The notes under the pieces were generated by a model. It was not told the DNA's origin and did not search any database. It worked only from the letters and a program-made list of their open reading frames with translations. Below are positions 7,193 through 15,264 of a DNA stretch of 23,922 nucleotides, piece after piece (position 1 is the first letter of the stretch; each line of letters starts with the position of its first letter). Source of the DNA: Bacteriovoracaceae bacterium. GTDB taxonomy: Bacteria; Bdellovibrionota; Bacteriovoracia; Bacteriovoracales; Bacteriovoracaceae. The DNA lies in the NCBI GenBank assembly GCA_049599895.1, contig JBMYPC010000039.1, positions 1 to 23,922 of the forward strand. Direction: 5' to 3'. The position numbers and the translations under genes were made by a program.

Positions 7193-8167
7193 AAGAGACT
7201 TAACAATGTCGAGATATTCTGGAAGATACTCCGTTTTCTTCTCAAGGCATTTATCAAATTCGATTGCTTGAACTCGACCATTAAGATAGCCCGTCACGAC
7301 GGCCTGCTCTCCCTTGATGAGGCTTGTTACGGCAAGGTAACCCATCTTTGAAGCGAGAAAACGATCGAGTGGAGACGGTCTTCCTCCTCTTTGGATGTGA
7401 CCTAAGATACAAACGTGGGCCTTAATAGAAAATTGACTCGCAAGCTCTTCTTGAATTCTGTAGCAAAGACCTGGAGTCTCACCTTCTGCGGCGATAATGA
7501 TTGAGCTATTTTTTCCTCTGGTCATTCCCCTTTGAATGTCAGAAGCAACATCGTTGAAGTTGATCTCATTTGTAGGCAGGATAATATTCTCCGCACCGGT
7601 ACAAACACCTACATGAAGAGCGATCGCTGGAGATTTTCTTCCCATAACTTCAACGATAAAAGTTCTAGCGTGAGAGTGGGCGGTATCACGAATTTTATCG
7701 ACGGCTTCAACTGCGGTTTGAACTGCCGTGTCAAAACCAATGGAATAATCAGTTCCGGAAATATCATTATCAATTGTTCCAGGGATTCCTGCGATAGCAA
7801 TTCCGTGTTCTTTATGAAGGTTCCAAGCTCCGTTAAAAGAGCCATTTCCACCGATGACAACTAATCCATCAATGCCCTTTCTCTTTAAAATATTGGCGGC
7901 TTCTTTTCTCACCTCTGGTTCATGAAATTCGGGACATCTTGAAGTTTGAAGAATCGTTCCCCCTCGCTGAATAATATTTCCAACTGAAGAGGCATCCATT
8001 TCTTTAAAATTACCTTCAAGAAGACCTGCATACCCTCGGGTGATACCGAAGACTTTGATCCCCTGGCCAATCGCGGATCGAACAACTGCCCTTAAGGCAC
8101 AGTTCATACCTGGACTGTCACCACCGCTACACATAACGGCAATCGATTTAACTGTTTGAGAGTTCAT
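7184..8167 (-). CDS. pfkA: ATP-dependent 6-phosphofructokinase
   Basis: SGGDSPGMN, GGTILQTSR, IGGNGS, PGTIDND, EVMGR, LGHIQRGG. Start revised to ATG 8167 with AAGGA SD. The 3' end overlaps the convergent 6596 ORF by 9 nt. Confidence 0.95.
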   Translation of the reverse strand: MNSQTVKSIAVMCSGGDSPGMNCALRAVVRSAIGQGIKVFGITRGYAGLLEGNFKEMDASSVGNIIQRGGTILQTSRCPEFHEPEVRKEAANILKRKGIDGLVVIGGNGSFNGAWNLHKEHGIAIAGIPGTIDNDISGTDYSIGFDTAVQTAVEAVDKIRDTAHSHARTFIVEVMGRKSPAIALHVGVCTGAENIILPTNEINFNDVASDIQRGMTRGKNSSIIIAAEGETPGLCYRIQEELASQFSIKAHVCILGHIQRGGRPSPLDRFLASKMGYLAVTSLIKGEQAVVTGYLNGRVQAIEFDKCLEKKTEYLPEYLDIVKSLSI

Positions 8168-8212
8168 GGGAATCCTTTGAAAACACAAAAAATGGTTGAG
8201 TATCTATGAGGC

Positions 8213-8251
8213 ATATTACTGGTAAAACCTATCAGATTCAAGAGTGAATCT
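8213..8251 (-). promoter_or_regulatory. Sigma70-like promoter for pfkA overlapped by a 7-bp inverted repeat
   Basis: Minus strand TTGAAT (8241-8236), 17 bp spacer, TAATAT (8218-8213); AGATTCA-AGAG-TGAATCT at 8234-8251. Confidence 0.45.
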
Positions 8252-8268
8252 ATGGTGATAGCACTGTG

Positions 8269-9933
8269 TTAAAAACTCGCTGTCAGGCCAGCACTCATGA
8301 TATTTTCGTTTACTGTTTCGTCATTATCCTTATTTCTTTTTCTTAAATTATAACTCGCCGAGAAACTCAAGCCACGCCAGAACTTAAAACTTCGAGAATA
8401 ACTTAAGTTCGCTTGGTATTGATTGTATCCAGTGTCGGGGTCAGAGTTATTGTAAAGCGTATAATCGAGGGTAAGAAAGACACTATCGTAGTTTGTGATT
8501 TTGAAGTGGTTTGTAAATGATAGCTGATACTCTGTTGTCATGGGTGGACCACTTGTTTCAGAGTTTCGATTGATATCGATCTGATAACTTGGTCTCCAGT
8601 TTTTCGTTTTGAGATAGGGGACAAAAGAAAGCTCGATGCCGAAACTATAGCTGTTTTCACTAATAACATTGTCATTAAAAGTATAAGGGATTTTGGTTTT
8701 CAAGATTCCTGATTTAAAAACCTGTCCATATTGAAGATAAATGGTGTTTGAAGCCGAGAGATCTGTAAAACTTCCTCCTGCTTCTGGTCGGTAAAGGGAC
8801 TTCGCATAACTATAACCAAACTTCGCAAGGCTTTTTAAAAGATTGTCGTATCGAATATCAAAGGAGGCCCCATAAGATTTAGAGTCCTGAAAATTAATCT
8901 TAGCGTTGTCATATTGAGACTGTGAATAATAGGCAGAGGCAATATATTGATAATGACCAAATTGCTTTGAATTAAAATAATATGAAGCAGTCATGTCTTC
9001 TGATCGACCAGATTCTGAATCATAGAAAGAGCTTATGGATGAGAAGTCATCGCGATTAGCATCGGAGAGACTATGAACATTAGAATTCTCGCTCATTCCA
9101 TAGGTTACAGAAAAGACGCTATAGTTATCGGAATAGAGAGAGTCGAGGTAGGATTCAGCGTAACTTGCAAGAGTCGCATCTTGAGATTGTCCATTTTGAA
9201 GACTCCTTCTTTTTCCTCGAATCGCAATTGATTGAAGAAAAATGGAACCTGAATCTGTTGAGCCTGAAGTGAGAAGAGTTTCGCCAATAAGAAAGTCGAT
9301 TTGTTCACTGGTTTCTTTGTCTTTATATTTTTCTTCGAAGATGTCTTTGGCTTCAAAGAACTTAGTGATTGCCTTATTGTATTTGGCCATCTTTTTAGCG
9401 ATTAGTCCTTGGTAGTACTTCACTTCAGCTGTTTTGAATTGATAATGATCGAGAATTGAAAAATACTTACGACTCAGTTTTAAAAGAAAATAAGGTCTTT
9501 TTTTATCATTAAAATAAGGAAGACCACTGTGGTTGTAATACTTTGTGGCGATATCAAAATAAATCCCCAAAGCTTCTTCTGAGGCCTTAGGAACTTTTCT
9601 TAAAACTTTATTCAAAACTTTACCCTCTGGAGCTTTAAGAAGGTGAGGAGTGTGAAGTTTTCGAATCATATAATAGAGAACTCGGTAGCCCTTAGCGAAG
9701 ATTTCGTTATCAAAATAAAAGTCTGCGAGAAATTGATAGGAGGCCAGATGAAAATGCTTTCTTGATAAGTTTTGACTAATGAGACGAAGGGCTTCGCGAT
9801 CATCACCGTCCACTAAAGCTAATTCCGCCTTCGCAAGATTGAGCTCCTGAAGTTCGCTGACCGTTGCTGCGTAGGAAGAGCTAAAAGAGAGCCCAAATAC
9901 CAGCGAGAGAATAAAAGTTTGTAATATGCCCAT
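8269..9933 (-). CDS. Outer-membrane protein: TPR-like helical N-terminus + C-terminal beta-barrel (Slam/DUF560-like architecture)
   Basis: Signal peptide ending SSSYA; TPR-like helices (AEVKYYQGLIAKKMAKYNKAITKF); barrel opening YGMSENSNV (compare GYDSNV); many Tyr/Ser amphipathic strands; ends SAGLTASF. Confidence 0.75.
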   Translation of the reverse strand: MGILQTFILSLVFGLSFSSSYAATVSELQELNLAKAELALVDGDDREALRLISQNLSRKHFHLASYQFLADFYFDNEIFAKGYRVLYYMIRKLHTPHLLKAPEGKVLNKVLRKVPKASEEALGIYFDIATKYYNHSGLPYFNDKKRPYFLLKLSRKYFSILDHYQFKTAEVKYYQGLIAKKMAKYNKAITKFFEAKDIFEEKYKDKETSEQIDFLIGETLLTSGSTDSGSIFLQSIAIRGKRRSLQNGQSQDATLASYAESYLDSLYSDNYSVFSVTYGMSENSNVHSLSDANRDDFSSISSFYDSESGRSEDMTASYYFNSKQFGHYQYIASAYYSQSQYDNAKINFQDSKSYGASFDIRYDNLLKSLAKFGYSYAKSLYRPEAGGSFTDLSASNTIYLQYGQVFKSGILKTKIPYTFNDNVISENSYSFGIELSFVPYLKTKNWRPSYQIDINRNSETSGPPMTTEYQLSFTNHFKITNYDSVFLTLDYTLYNNSDPDTGYNQYQANLSYSRSFKFWRGLSFSASYNLRKRNKDNDETVNENIMSAGLTASF

Positions 9934-10129
9934 TATCTTCCATTTTAGATGGGATTGACGTCATTTCAATAGGTTAAATATTTACCGCCAAATTCATTTG
10001 ACTCTTTTACTAAGGAAAATAAGGGGGAGTGCCGAAAAAGAGTAAGTTACGGGTCTCACTTGCTTGAGTGATAAAATAAAGAAAACCCCGAGTTCAACTT
10101 TGCTTTAAGCAAAATGAAAGGTGGAAAGT

Positions 10130-11602
10130 ATGAAATTAATTGAAAAGCTAATGATTTTCTCGCTTCTTTTTATGTTGCCTAACTTTCAGGGGATTACATC
10201 TAGTGGGACAGAGGATGGATCAATTGGTCGAATCACTAAGGCCAGGGGACAGATCTATAAGACCAACTTTACCAACGGCTCAGAAAGAGTTCCTCTTAAA
10301 GGTGGGGATAAGATCTATGTTGGAGATATTGTCGAGTCTGATAGTCGAAGTTTTGCCAAGATCCTCATGCACGATGATTCTGTTTTTAGTGTCGGGCCTC
10401 AATCAAAGTTTTCATTTGAGAAATTTCAAATGAAAAATAAAAACGAAAGAACTGCGACTTATAATCTTATTAAAGGAAAGCTAAGAAGTGTTTTTACAAG
10501 AAAAGCTCCTGGCAAAACACTAAAGATTAAAACCCCAACAGCTTCGATGGGAATTCGTGGAACCGAGATTGTTTCTGATGTTTATAAAGTAAAGGGACGG
10601 TTAAAGACGGATATCGCTCTTCTTCACGGTAAGCTTGAAGTAACGACTACAAGAGGAAAGAAGTTTGACCTTAAGCCATCAGAAATGTTTGAGGCGACAA
10701 GAGAGCCGATTAAAGTTTCAAGAGATCAAAGAAAGCCTGATCGCAATGTGAGAAAGATCGCTCAAAATAGAGTCCAAGCAAAGAAAAGAGTTCTTAAGAA
10801 AAAGGTTTTTGAGGTTTTAAAGAAGTCTCCACGTAAAGGTGGTCAGACTTTTCTCTTTGATGCTCTTAAGTCTGAAAGAAAAGATCTTACTAAAGAAGTT
10901 GAATTTCATGACATTTCAAAGCCAGAGAATAGGCCAAAGAGAGAAGATGTTTCAGATAAGCTTGGCCAGAAAGATCTGAAGCTGAATAAAGACCTTACAA
11001 GACAAGAACTGAAAAAAGGGTTTTCTGGTGGAAAGATTAAATCAAGAGCACCTGCAAGTGAAAAGGAGCCAACAAACAACTTTGATAGAGAGGCCCCAAA
11101 GTTTAATGCGAGACCTGTTCTTGAAAGAAAGCCACAGCAGAACAAAGAGCTTGCTCCTGCTCCACAAATCAAAGAGTTTAAAAGAGATGGCATAAAAGGC
11201 CCTGGCCCAAAGATGAAGATCAAGGCTCCGCAGATGAAGAAGCCGCCTATGCCGCCGAGAATCGATATCAAGACTGAAGCAAAAATTGAAATTAAAAGAC
11301 CTGATCTTCAAAACAAGCTTCGTCAGAATATTATGAAGCAAATTCAAAAGCAGGTCGCAACTCAGCCAAAACCTGGAGTTGTTCCAACAACTGGTACAGC
11401 TCCTTCTGCTGCTAAAGAAAAGATTCAAGAGAGTATTCAACGAGCAATTGCCACAGAGATTCAAGAAAAGCAGCAAATTCTCGAGCAGGAGAAGATTCTT
11501 GAGCAAAAGCGCTTAATCGAACAACAGCAAATGATTATTGAACAAAAAGATGTGACAGGAGTTGGTGGTGCACCGGTTGAGGTTGCTCCTCCAGCTAAGT
11601 AG
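10130..11602 (+). CDS. Exported FecR-domain protein with long K/P/Q-rich disordered and coiled-coil tail
   Basis: LKGGDKIYVGDIVES...AKILMHDDSVFSVGPQS...LIKGKLRS...IKTPTASMGIRGT...LLHGKLEV is the FecR-domain pattern. ATG 10130 is preceded by AAGGTGG (alternative start GTG 10121). Confidence 0.8.
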   Translation: MKLIEKLMIFSLLFMLPNFQGITSSGTEDGSIGRITKARGQIYKTNFTNGSERVPLKGGDKIYVGDIVESDSRSFAKILMHDDSVFSVGPQSKFSFEKFQMKNKNERTATYNLIKGKLRSVFTRKAPGKTLKIKTPTASMGIRGTEIVSDVYKVKGRLKTDIALLHGKLEVTTTRGKKFDLKPSEMFEATREPIKVSRDQRKPDRNVRKIAQNRVQAKKRVLKKKVFEVLKKSPRKGGQTFLFDALKSERKDLTKEVEFHDISKPENRPKREDVSDKLGQKDLKLNKDLTRQELKKGFSGGKIKSRAPASEKEPTNNFDREAPKFNARPVLERKPQQNKELAPAPQIKEFKRDGIKGPGPKMKIKAPQMKKPPMPPRIDIKTEAKIEIKRPDLQNKLRQNIMKQIQKQVATQPKPGVVPTTGTAPSAAKEKIQESIQRAIATEIQEKQQILEQEKILEQKRLIEQQQMIIEQKDVTGVGGAPVEVAPPAK

Positions 11603-11627
11603 TTCTTACTGATGACTCGCAAAATAT

Positions 11628-11644
11628 TGTCTAAAGTCTAGACA
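11628..11644. promoter_or_regulatory. Palindrome, candidate activator binding site
   Basis: Perfect arms TGTCTA-AAGTC-TAGACA, about 80 bp upstream of a sigma54-like motif. Confidence 0.5.
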
Positions 11645-11694
11645 CCTCTCTAGGCTTTTATCATCTCATAGAAAAAATAGTGAAATCAGGACTT

Positions 11695-11739
11695 AAGTTT
11701 TAGGTACTTAGACGCCTAAAACTTGGCCTGAGGTTTGTA
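11695..11739 (+). promoter_or_regulatory. 10-bp perfect inverted repeat abutting a sigma54-like promoter
   Basis: AAGTTTTAGG-N10-CCTAAAACTT (11695-11724); TGGC-CTGAGGT-TTGTA (11724-11739), one mismatch in the -12 element. Confidence 0.45.
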
Positions 11740-11776
11740 CATACAATCCCTATATAGTTTTATTTGGAGGATTGGA

Positions 11777-12541
11777 ATGAAAACCCTAAAGCGATCAGTT
11801 AATGCTCTTGCTTTACTTACCTTGCTTGTCACAGTGTCTTCATGTGGAAGAAGCGGCAGTAGTTCAAATTCAGATGGTGAGGGAGATGTTTTTCAGGCAT
11901 CGATTCAAAACTGTAATCAGAACAAAAATTCTCCGGCCTATGTCCAAGATTGGAATGATTTTAAGAAGCAAGCTTTTGCTTGTAACTTTGCTTCAGTCTC
12001 TTCAACAGGTGGCGGAGTTTCTTATAACGATTATTATCAATATAACCAAAATTATTATGGTTACAACAATTATGGCTATAACAATTATGGTTACAATAAT
12101 GGCTCTTACAATAACTATAACAACAATAATAACTATTATAACAACAACTATAATAACAACTATAATAACCAGGGATCGAGTGAGCTTGTAAGGTTCATGT
12201 GGGAAACTTGTAGTGGTTCAAATGGATACCTTGATTGTTATGGACAGGCTCAAGAAGTCTCTGTTCTTCTCAACCAAGATGGATCTGTTCAGTCGATTGC
12301 TGGAAGTCGTTATGGTCGAACTGAAGCAGAAATTCATGCTCAACTAAGAAGCCTTATCAATAGAGCTCAAGATCAAGTTCGAAGCCAAACTTCTTCAAGT
12401 ACAGCGTATGGCTTCTATATTGATAATATGTACTATGAAGTTGACCTAAGTGCTCCATTAATGGCCAACCCAGTAATTGAGTACAATATGGACTCAGGCC
12501 GTGGGATGGCACAAAACCCGAATGCTACGGAATGGAATTAG
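11777..12541 (+). CDS. Hypothetical lipoprotein with N/Y-rich low-complexity tract
   Basis: ATG 11777 with GGAGG SD; MKTLKRSVNALALLTLLVTVSSC lipoprotein signal; Ser/Gly tether; four further Cys flanking the tract. Confidence 0.8.
   Translation: MKTLKRSVNALALLTLLVTVSSCGRSGSSSNSDGEGDVFQASIQNCNQNKNSPAYVQDWNDFKKQAFACNFASVSSTGGGVSYNDYYQYNQNYYGYNNYGYNNYGYNNGSYNNYNNNNNYYNNNYNNNYNNQGSSELVRFMWETCSGSNGYLDCYGQAQEVSVLLNQDGSVQSIAGSRYGRTEAEIHAQLRSLINRAQDQVRSQTSSSTAYGFYIDNMYYEVDLSAPLMANPVIEYNMDSGRGMAQNPNATEWN
12023..12172 (+). repeat. Coding low-complexity repeat, (GYNNY)n and (YNNN)n
   Basis: GGTTACAACAATTAT GGCTATAACAATTAT GGTTACAATAAT at 12059-12100, followed by TAT/AAC/AAT runs. Confidence 0.9.
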
Positions 12542-12571
12542 GAACGAACTAAAAAGTTTAAGTATTTTAAT

Positions 12572-12595
12572 AGGAGGCAAGTCCCTCCTTTTTTT
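12572..12595 (+). terminator. Rho-independent terminator
   Basis: AGGAGG-CAAGTC-CCTCCT followed by TTTTTT, 30 nt after the lipoprotein stop. Confidence 0.8.
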
Positions 12596-12641
12596 GTTTC
12601 TAGGTTATAATAGCTCTATCTTAAATGTTGAGGAGTGACTT

Positions 12642-14366
12642 ATGGCCAAATACCAAACCGATCTTGAAGACATCTATTTTAACCTCTTTTCTTATTTAAA
12701 GATTCAAAACTTCGCCGAAGGAATGGAAGAGGCTGATCTTAAAGAAGTTATTCGTGAGTATGATAAATTTGTTGAAAATGAAGTTTATAAAACTCGTATC
12801 CTCGGTGATGTTGAAGGTGTGAAACTTGAAGATGGTAAAGTTTCAGCGCCAAAGTGTTTTAAACCAGCACTTAGGCAATTCCATGACAATGGTTGGTTTG
12901 GTTTAGGTTTTACTGAAGATGTTGGTGGCATTCCTGCTCCCAATGGAATTGATGTTGCCTGTACTTCACTTTTAAATGGCGCCAATGTCGCGTTTTCAAT
13001 GTATCCAGGCCTTTCTAAGGCAGCTCTTAATGTCATCTTAAAAGTAGGATCAGATGCTCAAAAAGAAAGATATGTGGCCAATATGATGGCAGGCACTTGG
13101 GGTGGAACCATGTGTTTAACTGAACCCGGTGCAGGAAGTGATGTTGGTGCTGCCAAGACGACGGCAACTCCTAACGACGATGGAACTTATTCTATTCAAG
13201 GAAATAAAATTTTCATTTCATCTGGGGATAATGATCTCTATGAGAATATCGTTCACCTTGTTCTGGCAAGAACGCCAGGAGCTCCAGAGGGAACAAAAGG
13301 GCTTTCATTATTTCTTGTTCCAAAAACAAAAATTAATGATGATGGAAGTCTTGGTGAGGCTAATAACGTTAGCGTTGGAAAGATTGAAGAGAAGATGGGA
13401 ATCCATGGCTCAGCAACTTGTGAAATGGTTTTTGGAGACAGTGGAGAATGCCTGGGAACTTTGATTGGAAAAGAGTTTCACGGCATGGTGAATATGTTTA
13501 TTATGATGAATGAAGCAAGACTTCTTTGTGGAATTCAAGGAGAGTCTCAAGCGAATCTCGCCTACGAGCTTTCAAGGCAGTATGCATCTGAAAGATCTCA
13601 GTTCAATACGGCCATTCAAGACCTTCCCGATGTGAGAAGACTTCTTCTTAAAATGAGATCTCTTGGAAGAGGAATGAGAGCATTGTCTCTTTATACTGCA
13701 TCTTTATTCGATCGTGTTAAAGCTGGTGAAAAAGAACTTGAAGCAGAGATTGCGCTACTGACTCCTGTGTGTAAGGGCTTTTGTACTGAAGAAGGTTTTA
13801 CAGCAACAGTCGATGCGGTTCAGATTCACGGAGGCTATGGCTATTGTTCGGAGTATGGGATTGAGCAATTTGTGAGAGATTCAAAAATTGCCACAATTTA
13901 TGAAGGGACAAGTGCGATCCAGGCCATGGACTTTGTTACAAGAAAAATCTTAAAAGACGAAGGAAAAACTCTTCAAAAAGTCTTTGACCGAATCAAAGAA
14001 AGTACGAAAAAAGCAAAATCTCTTTTTCCAGATGAAGGGGCTTCGATTGAATTGGTTGAACAAAGCTTAAACGACAGTTTAAAAATTCTAGGGAAGTTTC
14101 ATCATTGGTCAAAAGAGTCTCCTGAGAAAATCCTTTTTCATAGTTTTGATTTTTTAATGTTTTGCGGAAGGCTCTTTGTAGGGCATCTATTACTTGATCA
14201 AGCCATTCTGGCAAAGGAGAGTGTGTCTGATGCTGCGGCGACTGATAAGACATACTTTGAATCTAAGCAAGACGACTTTTTCGTATTCGCTCAGCATTAT
14301 CTCACTCAAAACCTTGGGGTCAGTACTCAAATATGCGAGTTTGAGGCAGTTTTCCATAGTATCTGA
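12642..14366 (+). CDS. Acyl-CoA dehydrogenase (long form with N- and C-terminal extra domains)
   Basis: TMCLTEPGAGSDVG, GNKIFISSG, EEKMGIHGSATC, QIHGGYGY, IYEGTSAIQ; GAGGAG SD and TATAAT at 12606-12611. Confidence 0.93.
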   Translation: MAKYQTDLEDIYFNLFSYLKIQNFAEGMEEADLKEVIREYDKFVENEVYKTRILGDVEGVKLEDGKVSAPKCFKPALRQFHDNGWFGLGFTEDVGGIPAPNGIDVACTSLLNGANVAFSMYPGLSKAALNVILKVGSDAQKERYVANMMAGTWGGTMCLTEPGAGSDVGAAKTTATPNDDGTYSIQGNKIFISSGDNDLYENIVHLVLARTPGAPEGTKGLSLFLVPKTKINDDGSLGEANNVSVGKIEEKMGIHGSATCEMVFGDSGECLGTLIGKEFHGMVNMFIMMNEARLLCGIQGESQANLAYELSRQYASERSQFNTAIQDLPDVRRLLLKMRSLGRGMRALSLYTASLFDRVKAGEKELEAEIALLTPVCKGFCTEEGFTATVDAVQIHGGYGYCSEYGIEQFVRDSKIATIYEGTSAIQAMDFVTRKILKDEGKTLQKVFDRIKESTKKAKSLFPDEGASIELVEQSLNDSLKILGKFHHWSKESPEKILFHSFDFLMFCGRLFVGHLLLDQAILAKESVSDAAATDKTYFESKQDDFFVFAQHYLTQNLGVSTQICEFEAVFHSI

Positions 14367-14445
14367 CATTGCCCAGTATGGAAATACTTTGAGTAATGAT
14401 GATATGATTCTTAACGAATTATGAATAAATTATTAAGGCAATACA

Positions 14446-15264
14446 GTGAAATCCGAAACCGTTATCCAGGAGATAGAGGAGTTTAACAAACAAACTCATG
14501 GTTCGAGTAATTATCATGAGGAGACATTCTATATTAAACAACCAAGGGGCGATTTTTTTGTTCCTTTTGGTTACCTCAAAAAGAAAATTGAGGGTGTGAA
14601 TGAACTTCGTGACGTTTTAGAACTTGGCTTTGTTTGCGAATCCCTAGATTTAAGAGAAGAAGATTCTTTTCGCGAATGGTACGAAAAACAATTCGCAAGG
14701 AAGCTCAAACGCTCTCACGCAAGGAAGGCCATGATCGTGGACTTTCCTTATAACTCAGAAATTCTCGATGCTATTGAAACCGTAAATGGTGCTTATGATG
14801 TTTTTCGTAAGAACAATATCATCCTCAATGGTAAAAACCTTCCGGTGCAAATCGGTGAGTGGTATGCCAAATGTATTTTTGGACTTCACCAAAATAAATC
14901 AGCTTCACAAAGAGGATTTGATTTTTATCTAAAAGACTCTCGAGTTGAAGTGAAGGTTCACTGGTCAGATCAATCATCTCCAAAAGGTGTGAAAGTTCGG
15001 AAATCTTTAGTGGATCTTTCTGAATATGTGATTGTTGTTTATGTTTCAGAGAACTTTATGATCCGTGAAGTTTGCTTTCTTGACTCTGGCTTTGTGATGA
15101 GGAAGTTTTCAGGTAAGGGGCATACAATCTTTCTTAAAGATTCGGATATCGCTGAATACTTCTTTAGCAGGTCTTCAAAGCATCTTGATAAAGTTGTGAA
15201 TAGTTCGGCGCTTTTAAAGTTTGCGACTCCGAATTTTGCGCTTAAGCTTTCGGGGTCTTTTTAA
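14446..15264 (+). CDS. Hypothetical protein with C-terminal PD-(D/E)XK nuclease-like motif
   Basis: QIGEWYAKCIFGL...QRGFDFYLKDSRVEVK fits E...(G)FD-x7-EVK; 272 aa; GTG start. Confidence 0.6.
   Translation: MKSETVIQEIEEFNKQTHGSSNYHEETFYIKQPRGDFFVPFGYLKKKIEGVNELRDVLELGFVCESLDLREEDSFREWYEKQFARKLKRSHARKAMIVDFPYNSEILDAIETVNGAYDVFRKNNIILNGKNLPVQIGEWYAKCIFGLHQNKSASQRGFDFYLKDSRVEVKVHWSDQSSPKGVKVRKSLVDLSEYVIVVYVSENFMIREVCFLDSGFVMRKFSGKGHTIFLKDSDIAEYFFSRSSKHLDKVVNSSALLKFATPNFALKLSGSF

Noticed and set aside
7840..7860. PfkA GGNGS in place of GGDGS as a sign of inactivation or PPi use
   Set aside because: A known natural variant; the Gly in GGxGS and PGTIDND indicate an ordinary ATP-dependent enzyme.
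12023..12172. Possible CRISPR array or non-coding tandem repeat; alternative ORF 11802-12191
   Set aside because: No constant repeat with unique spacers; variation is at third codon positions of the lipoprotein frame, and the I/T-rich ORF is its shifted reading.
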